Part shown: piece by piece, positions 56,816-64,000 of the stretch | Layout: the number at the start of each line of letters is the position of its first letter | How positions within the stretch are numbered: position 1 is the first letter of the stretch | Source: Bacteroidota bacterium | GTDB lineage: Bacteria; Bacteroidota; Ignavibacteria; UBA10030; UBA8401 | Direction: 5' to 3' | Length of the DNA stretch: 64,000 nucleotides | NCBI GenBank assembly: GCA_013361065.1 | Contig: JABWAK010000002.1 | Location: 2,273-66,272 of the forward strand | Notes under the pieces: generated by a model | Databases searched by the model: none | Seen by the model: the letters and a program-made list of their open reading frames with translations, nothing else | Told to the model about the DNA's origin: nothing | Program-made: the position numbers and the translations under genes

Positions 56816-58243
56816 TCAGACCTTCACGGTCTTCCACTTCCCTCTTGTGAAGAGCCACAGGGTGAAGATGCCGACCGATGTTTCGGAGGCGAAGATCGCC
56901 CAGAAGACCCCGTGATATCCCAGTCCCAGCACCTTCGCCATCACATAGGAGAGCGGGATCTGGATGAGCCAGAAGAAGACGAGATTGATCTTGGTCGGCG
57001 TCACGGTATCGCCCGAACCGTTGAACGCCTGCGTGGCGACCATCCACCAGCCGTAGACGAAGTACGAGTACGAGACGATCGTCAGCCAGAGTGAACCGAC
57101 CGCGATCACCTCCGCATCCTCCGTGAAGAAACCGACCAGCACACCGGCGTACATGTTGTAGAGGATGGAGACCACGATCAGGAACGCCATGTTCCAGACG
57201 CCGGTCACCCAGACCGACCGTTCCGCGCGGTCCGGCTTCCCTGCACCGAGATTCTGTCCGACGAGCGTCGCCACGGCGTTGGACATGCCCCAAGCCGGCA
57301 TGAGCGTGAACATCATGATGCGCATGGCGATGGTGGCGCCGGCGACCACGGTGCTGCCGAACTCCGCCAGGATGCGCATCACGAAGATCCACGAGAGCAT
57401 CGCCACGATCATCTGTCCGATGCCACCGAGCGACGTGCGGACGATGGTCACGAGCGTCTCCCACTGCACCTGCATCTGTTCGCGGAGCACGCGGATATGG
57501 TTGCTCCCGCGGAACAGCATCCAGAACTGGAGGATGACGCCGATTCCGCGCCCCGTGAGCGTGGCGATGGCGGCCCCTTCGATGCCCATGGCCGGGACCG
57601 GTCCCCAGCCGAAGATGAGGAGCGGATCGAGGAGCATGTTGAGTCCGTTGGCGATCCAGAGCACCCGCATGGCGATGGCGGCATCGCCGGCACCGCGGAA
57701 GATGGCGTTGTTGATGAAGAGCAGCAGCACCACCACATTGGCGCCGAGCGTCCACTGCATATAGCGGTAGCCGTGCTCCAGCGTCCACTCGTCCGCACCC
57801 ATCAGCGCGAGCAGTTCGCGGGAATAGAAGATGCCGGCAACCGCGAACGGCACGGAGACCGCCAGAGCGAGCAGTACCGCCTGCACCGCGGCGACCCCCG
57901 CCTTCTCCCGTTCCTTCTCCCCGATCCTCCTCGCGATGACGGCGGTGACCGCCGTGGCGAGTCCCATACCGATGGAATAGAGCAGGAACAGATAGGTCTC
58001 GGTCAATCCGACCGTGGCGACGGCGGATGGACCGAGCGCGCCGACGAAATAGATATCGACCACGGCGAAGGTCGACTCCATCATCAGCTCCAGGATCATC
58101 GGGATGGCGAGCAGGAAGACCGCCCGGCCCATGCTGATCTGTGTATAGTCCGCCTCCGTGCCGCGGATGGCGTCCTTCAGGTCACCCCAGAGTGAGCGGC
58201 GAAGTGCCGGTGTGTTTGCTGCTGTCGTTGTTCCTTCTTCCAT
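56816..58243 (-). CDS. MATE-family efflux transporter
   Basis: 12 TM helices, two MatE repeats. Confidence 0.85.
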   Translation of the reverse strand: MEEGTTTAANTPALRRSLWGDLKDAIRGTEADYTQISMGRAVFLLAIPMILELMMESTFAVVDIYFVGALGPSAVATVGLTETYLFLLYSIGMGLATAVTAVIARRIGEKEREKAGVAAVQAVLLALAVSVPFAVAGIFYSRELLALMGADEWTLEHGYRYMQWTLGANVVVLLLFINNAIFRGAGDAAIAMRVLWIANGLNMLLDPLLIFGWGPVPAMGIEGAAIATLTGRGIGVILQFWMLFRGSNHIRVLREQMQVQWETLVTIVRTSLGGIGQMIVAMLSWIFVMRILAEFGSTVVAGATIAMRIMMFTLMPAWGMSNAVATLVGQNLGAGKPDRAERSVWVTGVWNMAFLIVVSILYNMYAGVLVGFFTEDAEVIAVGSLWLTIVSYSYFVYGWWMVATQAFNGSGDTVTPTKINLVFFWLIQIPLSYVMAKVLGLGYHGVFWAIFASETSVGIFTLWLFTRGKWKTVKV

Positions 58244-58299
58244 TCGATCCTTCTTCTCTTCTGTTCGTATACTTCCTGGTGAGCGTTGTATAAAACCTT

Positions 58300-58780
58300 G
58301 TCATGTGATGTTGTAACAATATGCCGGCGTAAACGCCGGCTTACCCAACCTGTAGCCGGGATGGTTCATCCCGGTCAAATAAAAACTTGCGAAGTTTGTT
58401 CTGCATACCTCGTTCAACCTTTCGCAAGGTTTTCTTCGGGCGGTGTTGTTATTCCTTCTGCGTTATTCAGCGGATTCAGCGGGATATTCTTTCGTTCTTT
58501 GCTTCGCCGGAAAAGGACCGACTCTGGAGAGTCGGTCAACGTACATTCAGCCATCCCCGATCGGCTTTCGATGTTGTAACAATGTGCCGGCGTGAACGCC
58601 GGTCTGCCGAATACTGATCGTTGCTGGTGTTTCCATTTCTTTCTGCGTTGTTCTGCGGATTCAGCGGGATATTCTTTCGTTATTTGCTTCACTGAAACAG
58701 GACCGACTCTGGAGAGTCGGTCAACATATGTTCACCCATCCCTTATCGGCTTTCGATGTTGTAACAATGTGCCGATCGTG
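58300..58780. repeat. Tandem ~185-bp hairpin-rich repeat (2 full copies + partial), locus D of the modular family, filling the 565-bp spacer upstream of the MATE gene
   Basis: Repeated TTCTGCGTT.TTC.GCGGATTCAGCGGGATATTCTTTCGTT...GGACCGACTCTGGAGAGTCGGTC...TCGGCTTTCGATGTTGTAACAATGTGCCGGCGTGAACGCCGG; plus CCGGGATGGTTCATCCCGG and GCCGGCGTAAACGCCGGC hairpins. Confidence 0.9.
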
Positions 58781-58808
58781 GTCCACAAGTCGCAGACCCT
58801 TCTTACAA

Positions 58809-59243
58809 CTACAGCGATGTAAGCATGGCCTCCAGCCGGTCCAGATTCTCGCTGTTCGCACGGATGATGAACTCCTTCATCCGTTCGTACTCATCCGCTT
58901 CCTCGAACACCATGCTCCAGCGAAGCAGCGTCTGTTCGCCGCGCGGCAGGAATTCGAACGAGGCGCGGAAGCGGTGTCCGGAGAGATGGTCGAAGACGAT
59001 CCGCTCGTCCGGGACGACCTCTGCAAAGCGGCTCTCATTGCGGTAATCGGTACCGTCCGGTCCGCTCATGATGAACCTCCAGTACCCTCCGGGACGCAGA
59101 TCGAACTCGCTGAACAGGTTCCGGAATCCGGCCGGTCCCCACCAGCGGGCAAGCTGGTCCGGATCGCTCCACGCCGTATAGAGGCGGTGGACCGGGACGG
59201 GGAACGTGCGTTCGGTGAGGATCTCCCGTTCCTGCATCATCAA
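58809..59243 (-). CDS. SRPBCC-family protein (AHSA1-like)
   Basis: ...VHRLYTAWSDPDQLARWWGP... signature. Confidence 0.7.
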   Translation of the reverse strand: MMMQEREILTERTFPVPVHRLYTAWSDPDQLARWWGPAGFRNLFSEFDLRPGGYWRFIMSGPDGTDYRNESRFAEVVPDERIVFDHLSGHRFRASFEFLPRGEQTLLRWSMVFEEADEYERMKEFIIRANSENLDRLEAMLTSL

Positions 59244-59644
59244 CCGTTCTGAGCCGTGCGGAACGGCAGCAGTGCCCGGAGACGCGGTTCACGCAGATAG
59301 AGCGCTCCCCACATGAGCAGTGCGATGTAGACGGAGAAGAGCACGTGGGAGAAGAGCGGGTTCTCCAAACGGACATGCGTGGCAACGGCGCCGCCCAGAT
59401 AGCCGGTCATCAGGACCATCCCGAGAACCGATGTGCGGGGGATGAGATAGAGGACCAGACAGACCGCTTCGATCACGCCGAGCAGCTGCACGGTGCTGTC
59501 CGGATACCCGAGCTGCGTCGTTCCTTCCACCGCGTGCGATTCGCGGACGAGTTTGATGCCGGTATCGAACAGCATGAAGAGAACGGCAATGGCCCACATG
59601 ATACGTGAGGCCCAGAGAGCGCGGGCGGAGATCGGTTCGGTCAT
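59240..59644 (-). CDS. DoxX-family membrane protein
   Basis: Four TM helices, DoxX-like. Confidence 0.65.
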   Translation of the reverse strand: MTEPISARALWASRIMWAIAVLFMLFDTGIKLVRESHAVEGTTQLGYPDSTVQLLGVIEAVCLVLYLIPRTSVLGMVLMTGYLGGAVATHVRLENPLFSHVLFSVYIALLMWGALYLREPRLRALLPFRTAQNG

Positions 59645-59665
59645 AGGTCTGTTCCTGTGGATCGT

Positions 59666-60451
59666 TCAGTGAGTGAAGAATTCCTTCAGTACTCCCGCCA
59701 ATACAGCGGGATCGACATTGTGCGTCTGTCCCTCCAGCCAGCGCAGTTCGGCATTCGGACCGGCTGCCGCAACGCCGCGGACGGCATTCTTGAGCGGTTC
59801 GGGACTCTTCCCGCCCCCGGCGATGAGGATCGTGTTGGTGATCCGTGCGAGGCGTTCCGTCGGGACGGTGAAGTTCCCCATCACTTCGGAATCGTACGGC
59901 AAGGTGTGCGCAATGGCTTTCAGTTTTTTGAACATCGGCATCATCTGCATGATGAATGCTACGATGGCAGGGACGCCGACCATCTGCACCATGAAATATT
60001 TCACGGCGGCGCCGCGCTTTTCCGATGATAACAGTCTGTTCAGGGCACCGGTGTGGTCGATGCGGGTCTTGTCACTGCCCGGTTCATACACGAACGGCGG
60101 TTCATACAAGGCGATCTTCGGCAGGTTCAGTCCTGCCTCCGCCGCGCGGAGCGCCAGGGCGGCGCCGGACGAGAGCCCGGCGATGAAAGCGGTGCCGCCG
60201 GCTGCGCGGACCAATGCGGCGATGTCCTGCACTTCCTTCTCCGGCGCATACGGCGGAACATCCGTACTGTCTCCGCGTCCCCGGCGGTCGTAATAATAGA
60301 CAGTGAAAGTCTCCGCCAGCAGCGGAGCGAGCTTCGGCATGGGACCGAAGGAACGGTAACAGAGGGCGCCGTCGACCAGGATCAGTGCCGGTCCGCTGCC
60401 GGTCTGTTCGTAGGCGATCACCGTGCCGTCGTGTGATGTAACAGTCTTCAT
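59666..60451 (-). CDS. Alpha/beta-fold hydrolase
   Basis: ...FIAGLSSGAALAL... nucleophile elbow GxSxG. Confidence 0.8.
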   Translation of the reverse strand: MKTVTSHDGTVIAYEQTGSGPALILVDGALCYRSFGPMPKLAPLLAETFTVYYYDRRGRGDSTDVPPYAPEKEVQDIAALVRAAGGTAFIAGLSSGAALALRAAEAGLNLPKIALYEPPFVYEPGSDKTRIDHTGALNRLLSSEKRGAAVKYFMVQMVGVPAIVAFIMQMMPMFKKLKAIAHTLPYDSEVMGNFTVPTERLARITNTILIAGGGKSPEPLKNAVRGVAAAGPNAELRWLEGQTHNVDPAVLAGVLKEFFTH

Positions 60452-60553
60452 GAGGAATGATCCTGTTGGTATTCGCGGCCATCCATCGGCTCCCCCATCA
60501 GACAGAACAGGGTCCGCTCGGGATGACGTGTGATTATTGAATCGATCAAAGTA

Positions 60554-60982
60554 CTATCGCAACGACTCGGCATAGGCCTTGAAATTGTTCAGGATGGTCT
60601 GCCATCCTTCCCGCTGCAGTTCCGGCGTATTCTCCGTTTCGCATTCGAAGGTCTGTGTGACGAGCGTGGTGTTGCCGTTGCCGGCGAACGTTGCTGTGGC
60701 GCGGCGGCCGTCCTCCATCGTATAGGCGATCATATGGTGGTGCAGCACGGCATCGTAGGTGCCGGTGAAATCGAAGCTGACGCTGCCGTCCTTCGCCGCC
60801 ATGCGGGAGAGGAATTTCCCGCCGGTACGGAGGTCGTTCTCCGCATACGGTGTGTGCCAATCCGGCGAACCGACGGCCCAGTGTGTGATGTGCTCCGGTC
60901 CGCTCCAGACGGTCCACGCTTTCTCCAGCGGGACGTTGACGGTGGTGTGGATCGTGACTGCTATTCTTTCAGATGCTGACAT
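60554..60982 (-). CDS. SRPBCC-family protein (AHSA1-like)
   Basis: ...VNVPLEKAWTVWSGPEHITHW... Confidence 0.7.
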   Translation of the reverse strand: MSASERIAVTIHTTVNVPLEKAWTVWSGPEHITHWAVGSPDWHTPYAENDLRTGGKFLSRMAAKDGSVSFDFTGTYDAVLHHHMIAYTMEDGRRATATFAGNGNTTLVTQTFECETENTPELQREGWQTILNNFKAYAESLR

Positions 60983-61034
60983 TGGATCGCTCCTGTTGAT
61001 GAGTGGATCGGGATGAATGGTGTTTCCCTGCCGG

Positions 61035-61487
61035 TCAATTCTCCGCAAGGGATTTGAGTTTGTTCAATGCTTCCGGCCACATGCCGTCGAACATCGTCAC
61101 GAATTCATCCGGGATATTCCCCTTCAGTTCGATGAGCAATTCCGTCATTCCCGCCTTCTCCCGGAAGGTATAATTCTCCAGCGCACCGGCCCATGCTTTT
61201 GCCTCTTCGCTGGTCGTGTCCTCTATTCCATTCCCTACGATACCGAGATGCTCGATGGAGATGAATTCATGATGTTTGTTTTCTTTAATGCGGCTGACCA
61301 TCCCGGAATCCCCGTGCTCTCCGGGCGCCAGGAAGAGGATCTTGCTTCCCTGCTTCCAGTCGCCGCTGTAATAACAGCCGGGTGCAAAGCCCTCTGTCCA
61401 CTGACGGTATGTCGCATCCTCGAGCATCGTTGACCACACCGTGGCAACCGGTGCATTGATGACGACCGAATAACGCATGTGATTCAT
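61035..61487 (-). CDS. SRPBCC-family protein
   Basis: ...VINAPVATVWSTMLEDATYRQW... Confidence 0.65.
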   Translation of the reverse strand: MNHMRYSVVINAPVATVWSTMLEDATYRQWTEGFAPGCYYSGDWKQGSKILFLAPGEHGDSGMVSRIKENKHHEFISIEHLGIVGNGIEDTTSEEAKAWAGALENYTFREKAGMTELLIELKGNIPDEFVTMFDGMWPEALNKLKSLAEN

Positions 61488-61548
61488 CCGTTCCTCCGTT
61501 CTGGTGTCGTGAATATTCAGTTGATCACATCGGATCCGGCCAAACCGG

Positions 61549-62130
61549 TCACATGACCGGCTGATACCGGAGAATGATACCGCCGGTCTTCAGCGGACGG
61601 GCTTCGAGCAGCTTCATCGTCAGCTGTTCCTGCCGTGGTTTGAACAGCGGTGTTCCGGCGCCGAGCACAACAGGTGCGAGACAGATCCGGTATTCGTCGA
61701 TCAGACCGTGCTGCATCAGCGTTGCAGAGAGATCGGCGCTGCCGAAGACGAACAGGTCCTTCTCTGACCGCCGTTTGATGGAAGCGATCTCCTGTTCGAT
61801 ATCCCCGCTGACGATCGTCGTATTGGCCCAATCGACCTGCTTCAGCGTCCTGGAACAGACGATCTTCGGCAGCGAGTTCATGAAATCGGCGATCTCGCCG
61901 GTCTCCTTCTTCCAATACGCCGCCATCCCCTCGTAGGTCACCCGTCCGAACACGAGGGCGCTGCACGACTGCAATTGCTCCGTGGAGAACCGTTCGAGTT
62001 CCTCACCCCAGACACTGTTGTGAAAGTCGATCTCCCACTTGTTCTTCGCTTCAAAGAAGCCGTCCAGTGTCATCACATTCCAAAAAATAAGCCTGCCGCC
62101 CGCGGAGGGCGTGCGCTGTTCATTTTTCAT
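61549..62130 (-). CDS. Dihydrofolate reductase-like protein (RibD_C family)
   Basis: ...LIFWNVMTLDGFF...LFVFGSADL... Confidence 0.75.
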   Translation of the reverse strand: MKNEQRTPSAGGRLIFWNVMTLDGFFEAKNKWEIDFHNSVWGEELERFSTEQLQSCSALVFGRVTYEGMAAYWKKETGEIADFMNSLPKIVCSRTLKQVDWANTTIVSGDIEQEIASIKRRSEKDLFVFGSADLSATLMQHGLIDEYRICLAPVVLGAGTPLFKPRQEQLTMKLLEARPLKTGGIILRYQPVM

Positions 62131-62204
62131 TCTCCGATCTCCTGTCTATTGTCTCATTCGAACACCGTGTTGTGCAACGGCTCCCGAATTGACCGCTTAT
62201 GCCG

Positions 62205-62609
62205 TCACCGTTTGTTCTGTGAGGACATTGAATACTTCTCCTCCTGGAACAAGGCGTTCACCTGCTCATTCGCCGGACGGATCTCCCATGTGCTCCCCAT
62301 ATGCGAGGAGGGGTGTCTGGACATGAGCTGGATGGCGTGGTTCAGATCGCGCGCTTCCAGGATCATGATGCCGCCGAGCTGTTCCTTCGTCTCGGCATAC
62401 GGTCCGTCGGTGACGATCGGTCCGCCGGCGGACGGACGAATGGTCGCCGCGGTCCGCGGTCCCTGCAATGCTTCGCCGCCGGTGAAGTGACCGTTCTTCC
62501 TCAGTTCCGCATCGTACGCGAAACAGTCCTCCATGAACTGCTTCTGTTGTTCGGCGCTCTTGCCGGTCCATGCATCATCATTATGATAGCCAAGGCATAT
62601 ATATCTCAT
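62205..62609 (-). CDS. YciI-like protein
   Basis: MRYICLGY...[19 protein letters not shown] (DGPF). Confidence 0.7.
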   Translation of the reverse strand: MRYICLGYHNDDAWTGKSAEQQKQFMEDCFAYDAELRKNGHFTGGEALQGPRTAATIRPSAGGPIVTDGPYAETKEQLGGIMILEARDLNHAIQLMSRHPSSHMGSTWEIRPANEQVNALFQEEKYSMSSQNKR

Positions 62610-62634
62610 CGTTTTGTCTCTTTCTATGATCGGT

Positions 62635-63069
62635 TCATTGATGTTTGCGGACCGCATCTTCCACGATGCGGTTCTTTGCTGCGTTTGCCGCTTCCTCCGG
62701 CCAGTCGGTCATCTCGAACACCTGCCGGATCTCCACGGTATCCCCTTCCGCTGCCGGGATGCGCTTGGCCCATTCGATCGCCTCTTCCTTCGAGGGGAAC
62801 TGCACCATCCAATATCCGCCAAGCACCTCTTTGGATTCGATGAACGGTCCGTCCGTCACGGTTGGCGTTCCGCCGGAGTACGAAACGCGCGCCCCTTTCT
62901 CGATGGGATGCAGTCCGTCCAACGAAATGAGATGTCCCGCTTTTGCAAGCGCCTCATTGTACTTCATCATCTGTTCCACGGCATCGGCAGGCGGTGTGAA
63001 ATCACCTGCGACCCGTTTCTCTTTCCCTCCCTGGTAGACACCGGGGATCATGATCATCATGAATCTCAT
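62635..63069 (-). CDS. YciI-like protein
   Basis: ...[20 protein letters not shown]... Confidence 0.7.
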   Translation of the reverse strand: MRFMMIMIPGVYQGGKEKRVAGDFTPPADAVEQMMKYNEALAKAGHLISLDGLHPIEKGARVSYSGGTPTVTDGPFIESKEVLGGYWMVQFPSKEEAIEWAKRIPAAEGDTVEIRQVFEMTDWPEEAANAAKNRIVEDAVRKHQ

Positions 63070-63126
63070 GGACTTCCTTTTGTCTGTTGTTCGATGGGTT
63101 CTGATATACTGCGGACGCGCTCTCGG

Positions 63127-63549
63127 TTACTTCTTCTCCATCTGCTGACGCATCTTCTCTTCTTTTTCCCGCAGTTCCGGTGTGAATGCGTCGCCGAAAT
63201 CCTCCGCTTCGAACACCTGGCGGATCTCCAGTTCGGATTCGGTTCCCATCGGGTTCGGACACTTCTTCGCCCATGCGACCGCTTCGTCCATATCCTTACA
63301 CTTCCAGATCCAGAATCCTGCGATCAGTTCCTTCGTTTCGGAGAACGGACCGTCGGTGACGGTGCGTGCGGCACCGGAGAACTTCACGCGCTTCCCGCGG
63401 ATGCTGGGATGCAGCCCCTCGCCCGCCTGCATGATACCTGCCGCGACCAGCTCTTCATTGTACCGGGTCATCTCAATGAGCAATTGTTCACCCGGCATCA
63501 CCCCTGCTTCGGAATCCTTATCCGCTTTGACGATCACCATGAATTTCAT
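63127..63549 (-). CDS. YciI-like protein
   Basis: ...TVTDGPFSETKELIAGFWIW... Confidence 0.7.
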   Translation of the reverse strand: MKFMVIVKADKDSEAGVMPGEQLLIEMTRYNEELVAAGIMQAGEGLHPSIRGKRVKFSGAARTVTDGPFSETKELIAGFWIWKCKDMDEAVAWAKKCPNPMGTESELEIRQVFEAEDFGDAFTPELREKEEKMRQQMEKK

Positions 63550-63701
63550 TGTTGTTCCTCCGTATTGTGAGTAAAGAATTTCCCCTTCACTCTATAGTCG
63601 AACGGCCGTACGGAAAATCGACATCGTTGTCCGAATTTTATTCAGAATTTATTCTGCAAATATCGCCAAAAAACGCTGTTTTTCGTTGAAACGAAACACT
63701 G

Positions 63702-64000
63702 TTACCGTAATTTTTCGATCTGACCTTCCAGGAATCGCCGTTCCGGTTCCTGTTGGGCCAGCGAAAGGGCCCGGGTAAAGGAAGTCCGCGCATCGTCCTT
63801 CCGGCCGAGCCGCCGGCAGAGTTCACCGCGGGCGGAATGCGCGAACAGATAGTTAGTCAGTTCGCCCCGCTGCAGGATCGCATCGATGAGCGTCACGCCG
63901 GCTTCGGCACCATCCCGCATGGCAACGGCAACGGCGCGGTTCAATTCCACGACCGGCGATGCATCCATCCGCAGGAGGATGTCATAGAGACCGACGATCT
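63702..64000 (-). CDS. ECF-type RNA polymerase sigma-70 factor, C-terminal (DUF6596-like) part; gene continues past the window end
   Basis: ...VELNRAVAVAMRDGAEAGVTLIDAILQRGELTNYLFAHSARGELCRRLGR...; the ORF-track Met at 63968 is internal to the gene; adjacent to YciI genes as commonly seen. Confidence 0.55.
   Translation of the reverse strand, partial: IVGLYDILLRMDASPVVELNRAVAVAMRDGAEAGVTLIDAILQRGELTNYLFAHSARGELCRRLGRKDDARTSFTRALSLAQQEPERRFLEGQIEKLR

Overview
High-GC (about 65%) bacterial chromosomal segment, most likely from a member of the FCB superphylum (Bacteroidota/Rhodothermota-like). Support for that placement: two proteins end in T9SS C-terminal sorting domains; a conserved TPR-DUF4292-M23 peptidase cluster is present; DUF1573 and Haem_bd proteins are present. 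Most of the window is ordinary housekeeping and accessory coding: glycosyltransferases, a YidE/AAE transporter, extracellular nucleases, MoxR, a PP2C phosphatase, a CDF transporter, a sialate O-acetylesterase, a class V aminotransferase, a CotH kinase-like protein, MFS and MATE transporters, a histidine kinase/response regulator pair, an NlpE-GH88 hydrolase, and a stress cluster of SRPBCC and YciI genes ending in an ECF sigma factor. Five AT-rich (about 35% GC) patches interrupt this background: a truncated HsdM-like methylase plus an IS3 transposase remnant at the left edge; a HigB/HigA-like toxin-antitoxin pair; a complete EcoRV-family restriction-modification system (R then M); a roughly 3 kb island carrying two secreted proteins and an RNase HI-fusion gene; and a 5-copy 80-bp tandem repeat. 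A modular family of hairpin-rich intergenic repeats occurs at four loci. Many long ORFs in the supplied track lie antisense to, or overlap, real genes; in high-GC DNA these are expected artefacts and are not reported as features.
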